A DNA stretch of 45,556 bases from the NCBI GenBank assembly GCA_934277865.1, contig CAKQVW010000001.1, positions 1 through 45,556 of the forward strand. The letters are read 5' to 3'. The position numbers and the translations under genes are program-made. The stretch's first letter is position 1; every line of letters begins with the position of its first letter. Below the pieces are notes generated by a model. It saw nothing but the letters and a program-made list of their open reading frames with translations, was not told the origin of the DNA and made no database searches. Source of the stretch: an uncultured Pseudobdellovibrionaceae bacterium. GTDB taxonomy: Bacteria; Bdellovibrionota; Bdellovibrionia; Bdellovibrionales; JAMPXM01. Of the stretch, positions 33,973 to 44,342 are shown piece by piece.

Positions 33973-35259
33973 TCAAACTTCCGAGAGCGATAGTTTATCG
34001 CTCTCTAGAAAAGTCAGTGCCTCGAAGACGCGATCCGCTAACGGTCGGCCCTTGGGCGTGAGTCTCCACCCGCCGTCACTATTTAAGCCGTCACTTTGTG
34101 CGATGCTTGCGCCAAATTTCTGAACGAGTCCGCTCTCGACAAGGGGCGCAAGCCGACGATCAAATTCGTTCAAGAGCTGGAGTCCACCTTCTTGCCCAAA
34201 TTTTCGCAAGACCGCACCGCAGCTGAGGCCGCTGAGGCGTCGTAAACTTGTGTGTGAAAAATCCGTCAGTAACTCATGAAGCGCGAGGATCTCTCGCCGC
34301 TGTTCAGGGAACTCGCTCCAGAACTGTTGGCCACGAGCGCGTTTGAGTTCGTCTCGGTAGCTGCGGATCGTCGCGGGGTTCCAAAAGCGAACGCCCCATG
34401 GACTCTGATGACTGGCCCAGTTCGGAAGGTAGCTATGGGCCCCAATGCCAAGTCCCCAGTAGGCACCATCTGTCCAGTACAATAGGTTGTGCTGGGACTC
34501 AAAACCCGGCTTTGCAAAGTTGGAGACTTCGTAACAAAAAAGGCCGCCCGATTTCAGCTCGTCTTCAATCACTTCAAACATTTCTGCTTGGTGTTCGTCT
34601 GAGGCGCGGCCTTTGTTGAGGGGATGGCCCGAAGGAACCGTTAAATTGTAGGCGCTGACATGCGACGGTTGAAACTCCAATGCGCGTCGAACATCGTCGC
34701 GCACGTCCGTCACCGTTTGACCTGGAAGACCGAAAAGCAGATCAAACGAGTAGTTCACGCCCTTATTGGCTAATAGCTCCAAGGTGGCGATCGTTTCCGC
34801 CACCGTGTGTTTTCGCCCGGTGACCTGAAGTTTGCTCTCGTCAAAGGTCTGGGCGCCGACAGAGAACCGCGTGATGCCGATACTTAAAAACTCTTCCAGC
34901 GAGGCGGCCGTGATCGTGCCTGGGTTAATCTCAAGTGTGATTTCGGTTTTTCTGTCTTCGAACGCTGCCCCACTGGCGTCCACGAATCCATTCATTGCAA
35001 TACCCTTGAGGATCGCTAGAATTTGAGAGGGGCTGAAGAGGCTAGGAGTACCGCCCCCAAAGTAAAGAGAGTGTACTGGAGTCGTCTTTGGCCAAAGTGA
35101 GTCGCGAAAGGCCAGAGTTCTGACCCGCAGTTCTTCCTCGATAAGTGAAACGTACTCGTCCGCTGGAGGAAGATCTTTGGCCTCAAATTTGACGAAATCA
35201 CAATACGTGCAAATCTGCAGACAATAAGGGATGTGCACGTAAAGACCAAAGCGACTCAT
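33973..35259 (-). CDS. hemW: Radical SAM family heme chaperone HemW (HemN-like, oxygen-independent coproporphyrinogen oxidase family)
   Basis: Start chosen at MSRFGLYVHIPYCLQICTYCDF (ATG 35259), the canonical family N-terminus with CX3CX2C. GGGTPS motif. HemN C-terminal domain. Confidence 0.85.
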   Translation of the reverse strand: MSRFGLYVHIPYCLQICTYCDFVKFEAKDLPPADEYVSLIEEELRVRTLAFRDSLWPKTTPVHSLYFGGGTPSLFSPSQILAILKGIAMNGFVDASGAAFEDRKTEITLEINPGTITAASLEEFLSIGITRFSVGAQTFDESKLQVTGRKHTVAETIATLELLANKGVNYSFDLLFGLPGQTVTDVRDDVRRALEFQPSHVSAYNLTVPSGHPLNKGRASDEHQAEMFEVIEDELKSGGLFCYEVSNFAKPGFESQHNLLYWTDGAYWGLGIGAHSYLPNWASHQSPWGVRFWNPATIRSYRDELKRARGQQFWSEFPEQRREILALHELLTDFSHTSLRRLSGLSCGAVLRKFGQEGGLQLLNEFDRRLAPLVESGLVQKFGASIAQSDGLNSDGGWRLTPKGRPLADRVFEALTFLESDKLSLSEV

Positions 35260-35268
35260 GGAGATCAC

Positions 35269-37962
35269 ATGTCCCAAAAGCGCGCCGTTAGCAAGTCCCC
35301 ACGAGTTTCTTCTGGAAAATCCGTGAAATTTAAACTGAAAAACGGGCTGGATGTCCGCCTGGTGCCCTCGACGAAGTCGCCAGTGGTCTCGGTACAAATG
35401 TGGGTGAAAACCGGTTCAGCTGACGAGCGTAAGCACGAAGAGGGGATCAGTCATTTCATCGAACACTTGCTGTTCAAAGGAACACGCAACTTCAAGGTCG
35501 GCGAAATTGCCAAAACTGTCGAAGCCAGCGGCGGCGAGTTGAACGCGTGGACCAGCTTCGATCAAACCGTCTTTTATGTGAACATCTCCAAAGAGTTTAC
35601 CAACACCGCGTTGGACGTGATCTCGGACATGATGGGGTTTCCGTTATTTGATCCCAAAGAGATCGATGCCGAACGCGAAGTCGTTCTCGAGGAGATCAAG
35701 CGCACCAACGACAATCCTTCTCGAAAAGGCAGTCGGCTTTTGTTCTCAAGCGTTTATAAAAAACATCCCTATCGGCTGCCGGTGATCGGGCGCCCCGAGA
35801 TCATCAAGACAGTTAAGCCGATGACGCTGAAAAAATATTTTAAAGAGCGTTACTCGGCTAAAAACATGGTGTTGGTGGTCGGCGGGGACTTTGAAACCAA
35901 GTCAATGAAAGCAGAGATCACTCGTCGGTTCTCCGAGCTTCCTGGTGCGCGAGTTCGTAAGGTGAAACGGGCTGTTGAACCGCGCCTTTCGCCCAAAGCG
36001 TCTCGAGTCTTCGTCGAGAAAGCAGATGTGAAAGCGACGCAGCTCTTTATTTCTTGGCCAATTCCTAGCGCGAAAAATAAAGAAATCGCGGCGCTCGAAA
36101 CTTTGGGGTCGGTGTTTGGCGGCGGGGCCTCCAGCCGTTTGGTGCGTTCACTTCGCATCGATTCGGACTGCGTGACGTCGACGGGATCGGGCTGTTTTAC
36201 CTCGAAGGATCAGGGGTTTTTCTCGGTCTCCGCGCAATTGAATCCATCGCGGCTGGCGGAAACACTGGAAAAGCTTCGCAGTGAAATTGTCGGACTTCTG
36301 ACCAAACCCGTGGAAGAGGAAGAGATTCACCGCGCGGTAGTCGGTGTTGAAAGCGGAGAATTTTACGGCCTGGAAACAGCCGATGGACTGGCAAGAAAAG
36401 TTGGGTCTCTGACCACCTTGCTTGGTGATCCATCTGAATTTGAAAAATACCTCGCAAGGGTTCGTGCGTTTGACGCAAAGACTGGAACGGCAACGAGCTT
36501 AAAGTATCTCGATCCATCGCGCGCTTATGCCGTGTCGCTGGTCCCGGATTCTGAAGACGAAACCCAAGTGGCGCACCTGTTATCGGACTTCTTGGCCAAG
36601 CTGAACGCAGATTGGGCCACAGCCAAAAAAGCACTCGCCAAAGGGAAAACAAAGGGATCAGCGAAGGCTCGTGGACAGAAGAAGAATCGTGCTGAAAAAC
36701 CGTGGCACCCGGTTGCTGACGGGAAAATTCAAATTGAACGACGTACGCTGAAGTCGGGGCTTAAAGTCTTGGCGCGAGTGGCGCGTTCAACGCCAGTTGT
36801 CTCTGCTCAGCTGGCCTTCATGGGTGGTGGCCGCCTGGAGCCAGCTCATCAAGCCGGTTTAACAGAGCTTCTCAGTCGAACATGGACGTCCGGCACGAAA
36901 GAATTCAACGAAATTGAACTCATCAACAAAGTCGAAGCCGAAGCTGCAAGCCTGTCGGCCTTTGGTGGTCGGCACACAAGCGGCATTTCGTCACACATGC
37001 TTTCGCGCAGTGAAGCGGCCATGCGCGAACTTTTTGTTGAATGTCTCTTGGGGCCGGTCTTTGACGACGCCATCGTCACTCGCGAGAAGACGATGATGCT
37101 GGAAAGCCTTCGCATGCGTGCGGATAAACCGGGCGCAATTGCGGGACGTCTGTTCATGGAAACCATGTTTGCCAACCATCCCTATGCCATTGATTCTCTT
37201 GGTACGGAGGCGTCGCTATCAGGAATCGGAGCAAAGGATCTTGCAACCTATCAGAAAAAGATGATCTGCCCGGCAGACGGTGTGTTTGTGCTGACGGGTG
37301 ATGGCGATGTAGATGCCTGGTGTGAGACGCTCGAACAAGCGACGATGCCGCATAAGACCCTTCGTACAGGGTTTCAGAACAAACCCTATCGTTGGCAGTC
37401 CGCAACGGAAGTTCGTAAGTTTCACGAGATCAAAAAAGAGCAGACAACGATTCTCATTGGATGGCCCGGTATCACGATCGCGGATCCACGACGATACGCA
37501 CTGCAAATTGCACAGGCGGTTCTCGGAGGGCAGGGCGGTCGTCTTTTCATTGAACTTCGAGACAAAAAATCTTTGGCCTACAGTGTGGGGCCGATGTCGA
37601 TGGAAGGTGTTGACGCTGGGTACTTTGGTGCTTCGATCGCGTGCTCTCCGGAAAAGGGAGAGACGGCGATCTCAATGTTAAAAGACGAGTTCAAAAAACT
37701 TGCGGAGAATCTTTTGGACCAGTCGGAATTAGATCGTGCGGTTCGTTACCTAATTGGAAGTCATGATCTTGGTCTGCAAAGAGTGTCGTCAGTCGCTTCG
37801 ACAATGTTGTTTAGCGAGATTTATGGAATCCCCGCGGAGTCGGCATTTGACTACGCCAGTGCGATACGTGCTGTGTCCCCGAAAGACGTGCGCGATCTGG
37901 TTGCGGAGCTACTAAAAACCGAGCCTGTGATGGCAGCGGTAGGTCCAAAAGCACCTTGGTGA
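35269..37962 (+). CDS. Fused tandem M16 (pitrilysin-family) zinc peptidase
   Basis: About 897 aa from ATG 35269 (GGAG SD); an alternative GTG is at 35233. The first unit carries the inverted zinc motif HFIEHLLFKGT and the downstream E; the second M16-like unit has no HxxEH. No signal peptide. Confidence 0.85.
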   Translation: MSQKRAVSKSPRVSSGKSVKFKLKNGLDVRLVPSTKSPVVSVQMWVKTGSADERKHEEGISHFIEHLLFKGTRNFKVGEIAKTVEASGGELNAWTSFDQTVFYVNISKEFTNTALDVISDMMGFPLFDPKEIDAEREVVLEEIKRTNDNPSRKGSRLLFSSVYKKHPYRLPVIGRPEIIKTVKPMTLKKYFKERYSAKNMVLVVGGDFETKSMKAEITRRFSELPGARVRKVKRAVEPRLSPKASRVFVEKADVKATQLFISWPIPSAKNKEIAALETLGSVFGGGASSRLVRSLRIDSDCVTSTGSGCFTSKDQGFFSVSAQLNPSRLAETLEKLRSEIVGLLTKPVEEEEIHRAVVGVESGEFYGLETADGLARKVGSLTTLLGDPSEFEKYLARVRAFDAKTGTATSLKYLDPSRAYAVSLVPDSEDETQVAHLLSDFLAKLNADWATAKKALAKGKTKGSAKARGQKKNRAEKPWHPVADGKIQIERRTLKSGLKVLARVARSTPVVSAQLAFMGGGRLEPAHQAGLTELLSRTWTSGTKEFNEIELINKVEAEAASLSAFGGRHTSGISSHMLSRSEAAMRELFVECLLGPVFDDAIVTREKTMMLESLRMRADKPGAIAGRLFMETMFANHPYAIDSLGTEASLSGIGAKDLATYQKKMICPADGVFVLTGDGDVDAWCETLEQATMPHKTLRTGFQNKPYRWQSATEVRKFHEIKKEQTTILIGWPGITIADPRRYALQIAQAVLGGQGGRLFIELRDKKSLAYSVGPMSMEGVDAGYFGASIACSPEKGETAISMLKDEFKKLAENLLDQSELDRAVRYLIGSHDLGLQRVSSVASTMLFSEIYGIPAESAFDYASAIRAVSPKDVRDLVAELLKTEPVMAAVGPKAPW

Positions 37963-37966
37963 AGTC

Positions 37967-37985
37967 CGAACCTATTTGAGGTTCG
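37967..37985 (+). terminator. Weak hairpin after the M16 peptidase gene
   Basis: CGAACCT-ATTTG-AGGTTCG starts 5 nt after the stop and is followed by TCTCAAAC (poor U-tract). Confidence 0.25.
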
Positions 37986-38124
37986 TCTCAAACTGAAACG
38001 CACCAATTGTTCATCCGGTCGAAGGTCGAAAATCACAACGACTTTCGTCCGGATTCTTTGACAATCCATGCAGAAATTTTCGCACAGACTCCGTAGAATA
38101 TAAGGAGGAAGCGGATTTGCGCGT

Positions 38125-38766
38125 ATGGGGAAGAAAAGTTCGTCAAGTCAGAATACAAGTGGCTCTGGTCTCGTGCTCTCGACCAGCGAATACTTCGTTC
38201 ACGCTGTGGAGATGGCGTTCCACGAACGTCAGTTCAGAACCTTTCCATCGGCTCAATCCTATCTCGTCAAACTTCTCGAGTATTACGTGCCGGCTGGAAA
38301 TCTCTTCGATGAAGTCGACGACAGCGGCCGTCGCCGCCGTTCGACGCTAGCGGAGTCCTATCTGAAGGCGATGAATGCGGAACCCGCACTCCGCGCTGAC
38401 ATGCTCAAAAAGCTTGCGGACCGGGCGCTCTACATCGCGGGCTTCTTTAGTGACTCTTTGCAGCGGAAACTGGTGGACGTCGACTACTACCAGGAAATGG
38501 GAATGACCGCCTACAATGTCCTTGCCGATTCAAGTCGTGAGGACACGACGGCGAAAGTCTATCGCGAATTCGCGACAAAATTTCTTAGGTTCACCGAAAT
38601 TCTTTCGACCATCGCCTTGCAGTCGCGGGTGCAGGACGAGGCCAATATCATGCGCCTGTACGAGACTTATGCAAAGACAGGTTCGGATATGGCACGTGAG
38701 AAACTCCTGGAGCGTGGCCTCATCGCCGTTCCGTTATCTGATCTGAAAAAGCCGACAAAACAGTAG
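38125..38766 (+). CDS. Hypothetical cytoplasmic protein (helical, no recognised domain)
   Basis: 213-aa ORF with balanced composition. The AAGGAGGA lies 15 nt upstream of the ATG, which is long spacing. It ends 32 nt before tatB. Confidence 0.55.
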   Translation: MGKKSSSSQNTSGSGLVLSTSEYFVHAVEMAFHERQFRTFPSAQSYLVKLLEYYVPAGNLFDEVDDSGRRRRSTLAESYLKAMNAEPALRADMLKKLADRALYIAGFFSDSLQRKLVDVDYYQEMGMTAYNVLADSSREDTTAKVYREFATKFLRFTEILSTIALQSRVQDEANIMRLYETYAKTGSDMAREKLLERGLIAVPLSDLKKPTKQ

Positions 38767-38798
38767 TCCGCCATCCTGCGGAAGACTATGCTGGGAAC

Positions 38799-39125
38799 AT
38801 GTTCGATATAGGCTTCGGAGAAATGATCATGCTGGCGGCGATCGCTCTTATTGCGATCGGCCCTAAGCAATTGCCCGAAGTTGCACGCACGGTCGGTAAG
38901 CTCATCGGAGAATTCAAAAAAGCCGTCGGCGATGTCACGGACACGGTGGCGAATGCCAGAAACGAAACTGACCGTGCGCTTCGCAATGTGAGTGATGATC
39001 TCATCAAGTCGATCAAAGAGGCTCAGCAAGCCAAACCGATCGAGCCATTGCCCGATCATCCAGGCGATTCAGAGTTTGTTCACGTGGACCCACCAGCAGA
39101 CGATAAGACCGACGGAAAGAGCTGA
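38799..39125 (+). CDS. tatB: Twin-arginine translocase subunit TatB (TatA/B family)
   Basis: 108 aa. N-terminus MFDIGFGEMIMLAAIALIAIGPKQLPEVARTVGKLIGEFKKA parallels E. coli TatB (MFDIGFSEL...GPQRLP), followed by an amphipathic helix and an acidic tail. Confidence 0.8.
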   Translation: MFDIGFGEMIMLAAIALIAIGPKQLPEVARTVGKLIGEFKKAVGDVTDTVANARNETDRALRNVSDDLIKSIKEAQQAKPIEPLPDHPGDSEFVHVDPPADDKTDGKS

Positions 39126-39874
39126 TGAAAGACGCGCGGGAAGATAATCTCACACTTGTCGATCATCTCACGGAGTTGCGTGATCGTTTGATCAAAGCCG
39201 CCTGGGCGGTTGCTCTCACGACAGCGGTCTGCTTTTATTTCTCCGAGGCTATCTTCAATCTGGTTCGACACCCGATTCAGGCACATTTGCCGGAAGGTGG
39301 ACTCGTCTTCACCAATCCGATGGATAAGTTCATTGCTCACATGAAACTCTCGGTGGTGGCGGGAGTTATTCTCGCTTGTCCTGCGTGGCTCTATCATGCG
39401 TGGATGTTTGTTGCGCCCGGACTGTACGCGCATGAGAAGAAGTATTCCCTCGCATTTGTGACGGCGGGTATTGGGCTCTTTCTCTCGGGTGTTGCGTTTG
39501 CGTATTTCCTCGTACTTCCAAGCGCCTTCCAATTTCTTTTCAATTTTGGTGGGTCGGTCGACAAACCGCTCATCACGATCTCGGAATACATGTCGTTTTT
39601 TGCCACGATGATTTTGGTCTTTGGCGCCTCGTTTGAGTTGCCCCTGATTTTGGTGGCGCTTGGGGCTTTGGGGATCGTTTCCAGCGACACGCTTCGAGAA
39701 AAGCGTCGGTACGCGATTGTCGCGCTGGCCACCATTGCGGCCGTCATCACGCCGCCGGATGTGCTCAGCATGATGATGCTTTTGGTGCCTCTTGCGGCCC
39801 TCTATGAGATTTCGATTTTGATCGTACGCGTCGTCGAGCGTCGACGAACGCGAGCCCTTCAGCCACTGGCGTGA
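39125..39874 (+). CDS. tatC: Twin-arginine translocase subunit TatC
   Basis: 249 aa, six-TM. LVDHLTELRDRLIKA N-terminus and ITPPDVLSM motif. TGATG overlap with tatB. Confidence 0.93.
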   Translation: MKDAREDNLTLVDHLTELRDRLIKAAWAVALTTAVCFYFSEAIFNLVRHPIQAHLPEGGLVFTNPMDKFIAHMKLSVVAGVILACPAWLYHAWMFVAPGLYAHEKKYSLAFVTAGIGLFLSGVAFAYFLVLPSAFQFLFNFGGSVDKPLITISEYMSFFATMILVFGASFELPLILVALGALGIVSSDTLREKRRYAIVALATIAAVITPPDVLSMMMLLVPLAALYEISILIVRVVERRRTRALQPLA

Positions 39875-39995
39875 ACCACAATCTGAGCATCGCACTGCGC
39901 CGCGCTACTGTTTTTATCTCGACTACGTTGGACTTGGTTCGGCAGACTTAAGTCGTTAGGCCAGGGCCTATTCGGACTAAAGTGGAGGAATCATC

Positions 39996-40190
39996 ATGGC
40001 TGATGTTCTTGTAGTAACGAGCAAAGTTAAGAAACTCATCAAAGAAAAAGGCGAGTGCAACACGTCGAGCGAGACAGTGGATGTACTTTCTAAGGCAATC
40101 GAGCGCCTCTGCATGAAGGGCATCGAGAGCGCAAAAGCAGACGGCCGCAAAACCGTCATGGCTCGCGATATCGTTATCGATCATTTGTAA
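39996..40190 (+). CDS. Histone-fold DNA-binding protein (bacterial histone, Bdellovibrio HBb/Bd0055-like)
   Basis: 64-aa ORF MADVLVVTSKVKKLIKEKGECNTSSETVDVLSKAIERLCMKGIESAKADGRKTVMARDIVIDHL. It has a helix-loop-long helix-loop-helix layout. AKADGRKTVMARDI parallels the archaeal HMf-type junction ARHAGRKTIKAEDI. GGAGGA sits 6 nt upstream of the ATG and a hairpin lies just downstream. Confidence 0.8.
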   Translation: MADVLVVTSKVKKLIKEKGECNTSSETVDVLSKAIERLCMKGIESAKADGRKTVMARDIVIDHL

Positions 40191-40195
40191 ATGTC

Positions 40196-40216
40196 GTTTG
40201 GGCCGGTGGCCCAAAC
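40196..40216 (+). terminator. Perfect 9-bp GC-rich hairpin 5 nt after the histone gene stop
   Basis: GTTTGGGCC-GGT-GGCCCAAAC. The downstream TGCTATTCG is only weakly U-rich. Confidence 0.4.
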
Positions 40217-40270
40217 TGCTATTCGCGCATGGGCGCAAAAGAGATGCCCCTGTGTCGATTCAGCTCGGCT

Positions 40271-40287
40271 CCCCTCGAAAAGAGGGG
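40271..40287. terminator. Second hairpin in the histone/ligA convergent spacer (CCCCTC-GAAAA-GAGGGG)
   Basis: It lies 10 nt beyond the ligA stop on the minus strand. There is no clear U-tract on either strand. Confidence 0.25.
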
Positions 40288-40297
40288 CACCGGGCTT

Positions 40298-42481
<2,184 letters not shown>

Positions 42482-42548
42482 TCATGCCACATTACGCATA
42501 GCGTGAGCCAATGAAGTTTGCCTATTAATTCGGTAGACGACACATCCT

Positions 42549-42863
42549 ATGAAAAACCAATCCCATGACGGCGCGAAACTCGATCTTGCAACTGTTCAAA
42601 AAGTGGCAAGTCTCGCGCGACTTAAAATTAGCGACGACGAGGCCACGGCTATTGCCGGTCAGCTTTCGGCCGTTCTTGAAAACTTCAAACAGCTTGCGGT
42701 GGTCGATACCACAGGCATTGAGCCACTGGTGACGCCGACGGATCTTTCGATTCGTTTGCGTGAAGATGAGGCTGTGACGGAAAAAGACATCGAATCATTT
42801 GTCGCCAATGCTCCGGCGCGCTCTGGAAACCTCTTCAAAGTTCCACCGGTTGTCGGCGGCTAA
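42549..42863 (+). CDS. gatC: Asp-tRNA(Asn)/Glu-tRNA(Gln) amidotransferase subunit C
   Basis: 104 aa. VQKVASLARLKISDDE...ENFKQL..VDT.GIEP pattern typical of GatC. Confidence 0.9.
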   Translation: MKNQSHDGAKLDLATVQKVASLARLKISDDEATAIAGQLSAVLENFKQLAVVDTTGIEPLVTPTDLSIRLREDEAVTEKDIESFVANAPARSGNLFKVPPVVGG

Positions 42864-42872
42864 GGAAACAAA

Positions 42873-44342
42873 ATGGAATTAACTCATTCGACCTGCACAG
42901 AGATCCGCGATGCAGTCCGCGCAAAAAAAGTTTCGGCACTTGAGGTGACCAGACATTTTGCAGATCGCATTTCCAAACTCGATCCAAAGATCAATTCGTT
43001 TGTCAGCACGAACGACAAAGCGGAAGAGGCTGCAAAGGCCGTCGATGCAAAACTTGCGAAGGGCGAAGACCCTGGGCAGTTGGCCGGCGTTCCTATGGCG
43101 ATCAAGGATCTGCTTTGCACGAAAGGCCTCAAGACGACGGCGTCGTCAAAAATGCTTTCAAACTTCATCCCTCCGTATTCGGCAACAGTGGTGAATCGTC
43201 TTGAAGCGGCCGGCGCTGTCACCATTGGTAAAACCAGCCTCGACGAATTTGCGATGGGTTCTTCCAACGAAAACGCGGCCACCGGCCCGGTTCGAAACCC
43301 ATGGAACCCGGAATACGTTCCAGGTGGTTCGAGCGGTGGTTCGGCTGCGGCGATTGCCGCGCGTTTGGCACCTGGCGCGATCGGCACCGACACCGGCGGT
43401 TCAATTCGTCAGCCTGCAAGTTTCTGTGGCCTCTTTGGCATCAAGCCGACTTACGGTCGTGTCAGCCGATTTGGTATCATCGCCTTTGCGTCCAGCCTTG
43501 ATCAGGCGGGCCCGATGGCGCTTTCGACGAAAGACTGCGCTTTGATCTTGGAAACCATTGCGGGCTCATGTGCGCACGATTCGACAAGTGCCACCATTGA
43601 AGTCCCAAAGTGGTCGGAGATCATCACCGACGACGTCAAAGGGCTTCGTATTGGTCTTCCGAAAGAATACTTCGCTGAGAAAATGGATCCAGACGTCGAG
43701 CGCGTTACCAAAGAGGCGATCGCGGCCTTAAAAGATCGCGGAGCAACAGTGGTCGACGTGTCGTTGCCATTGGTGAAGCACGCGGTTCCGGTTTACTACC
43801 TCGTCGCGACCAGCGAAGCGTCGTCGAACCTCGCGCGCTACGATGGTATGCGCTACGGGCATCGATCAACCAATGCGGCTCACGGTGATCTTGACGATCT
43901 CTACTCGCGATCGCGCGGAGAAGGGTTTGGTCCAGAAGTAAAACGTCGGATCATGCTTGGCACCTACGCTCTTTCGAGCGGCTACTACGATGCCTTTTAT
44001 CAGAAAGCGAGCCAGGTGCGTCGCTTGATCCGAAACGAGTTCCTCAGTGCGTTTCAGTCGTGCGACGTCATCTTGAGCCCGGTGTGCACGAGCCCGGCTT
44101 TCAAAGTAGGTGAACGTATCAACGATCCACTTGAGATGTACTTAAACGACATTTTCACGACCTCGACGAACCTCGCGGGTCTTCCGGGCATGTCGGTACC
44201 GGCTGGTTATTCGAAAGCGGGTCTCCCGATCGGTGTTCAGCTGATGACTCGTCATTTTGACGAGACACGCATGTTCAATGTCTCGCTTGCTCTGGAAAAC
44301 TCGCTTCAGGCTGTGAAGGCTCGGAGGCCAAATGTCATCTGA
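42873..44342 (+). CDS. gatA: Asp-tRNA(Asn)/Glu-tRNA(Gln) amidotransferase subunit A
   Basis: 489 aa with the amidase signature GGSSGGSAAAIAA...GTDTGGSIRQPASFCG. Confidence 0.95.
   Translation: MELTHSTCTEIRDAVRAKKVSALEVTRHFADRISKLDPKINSFVSTNDKAEEAAKAVDAKLAKGEDPGQLAGVPMAIKDLLCTKGLKTTASSKMLSNFIPPYSATVVNRLEAAGAVTIGKTSLDEFAMGSSNENAATGPVRNPWNPEYVPGGSSGGSAAAIAARLAPGAIGTDTGGSIRQPASFCGLFGIKPTYGRVSRFGIIAFASSLDQAGPMALSTKDCALILETIAGSCAHDSTSATIEVPKWSEIITDDVKGLRIGLPKEYFAEKMDPDVERVTKEAIAALKDRGATVVDVSLPLVKHAVPVYYLVATSEASSNLARYDGMRYGHRSTNAAHGDLDDLYSRSRGEGFGPEVKRRIMLGTYALSSGYYDAFYQKASQVRRLIRNEFLSAFQSCDVILSPVCTSPAFKVGERINDPLEMYLNDIFTTSTNLAGLPGMSVPAGYSKAGLPIGVQLMTRHFDETRMFNVSLALENSLQAVKARRPNVI

Noticed and set aside
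38117-38350. TTG-initiated 77-aa ORF with ideal SD spacing (GGAGGA plus 7 nt) overlapping the start of the 213-aa hypothetical gene.
   Set aside because: The translation (Arg/Ser/Val-rich) looks non-protein-like, whereas the 213-aa frame has balanced composition. The true start of the longer gene remains uncertain.
39080-39895. 271-aa minus-strand ORF opposite tatC. The 218-aa plus-strand ORF 27025-27681 opposite lon is a similar case.
   Set aside because: Both have Arg/His-rich nonsense-like composition and overlap strongly recognisable genes on the other strand.
39875-39995. Tried to assign a sigma-70 promoter for the histone gene in the 121-bp tatC-histone spacer (for example TTGGAC at about 39926, TAAAGT at about 39977).
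   Set aside because: The hexamer pairs have wrong spacing (14 nt) or would place the transcription start inside the SD, so there is no convincing -35/-10 pair. It needs 5'-end mapping.
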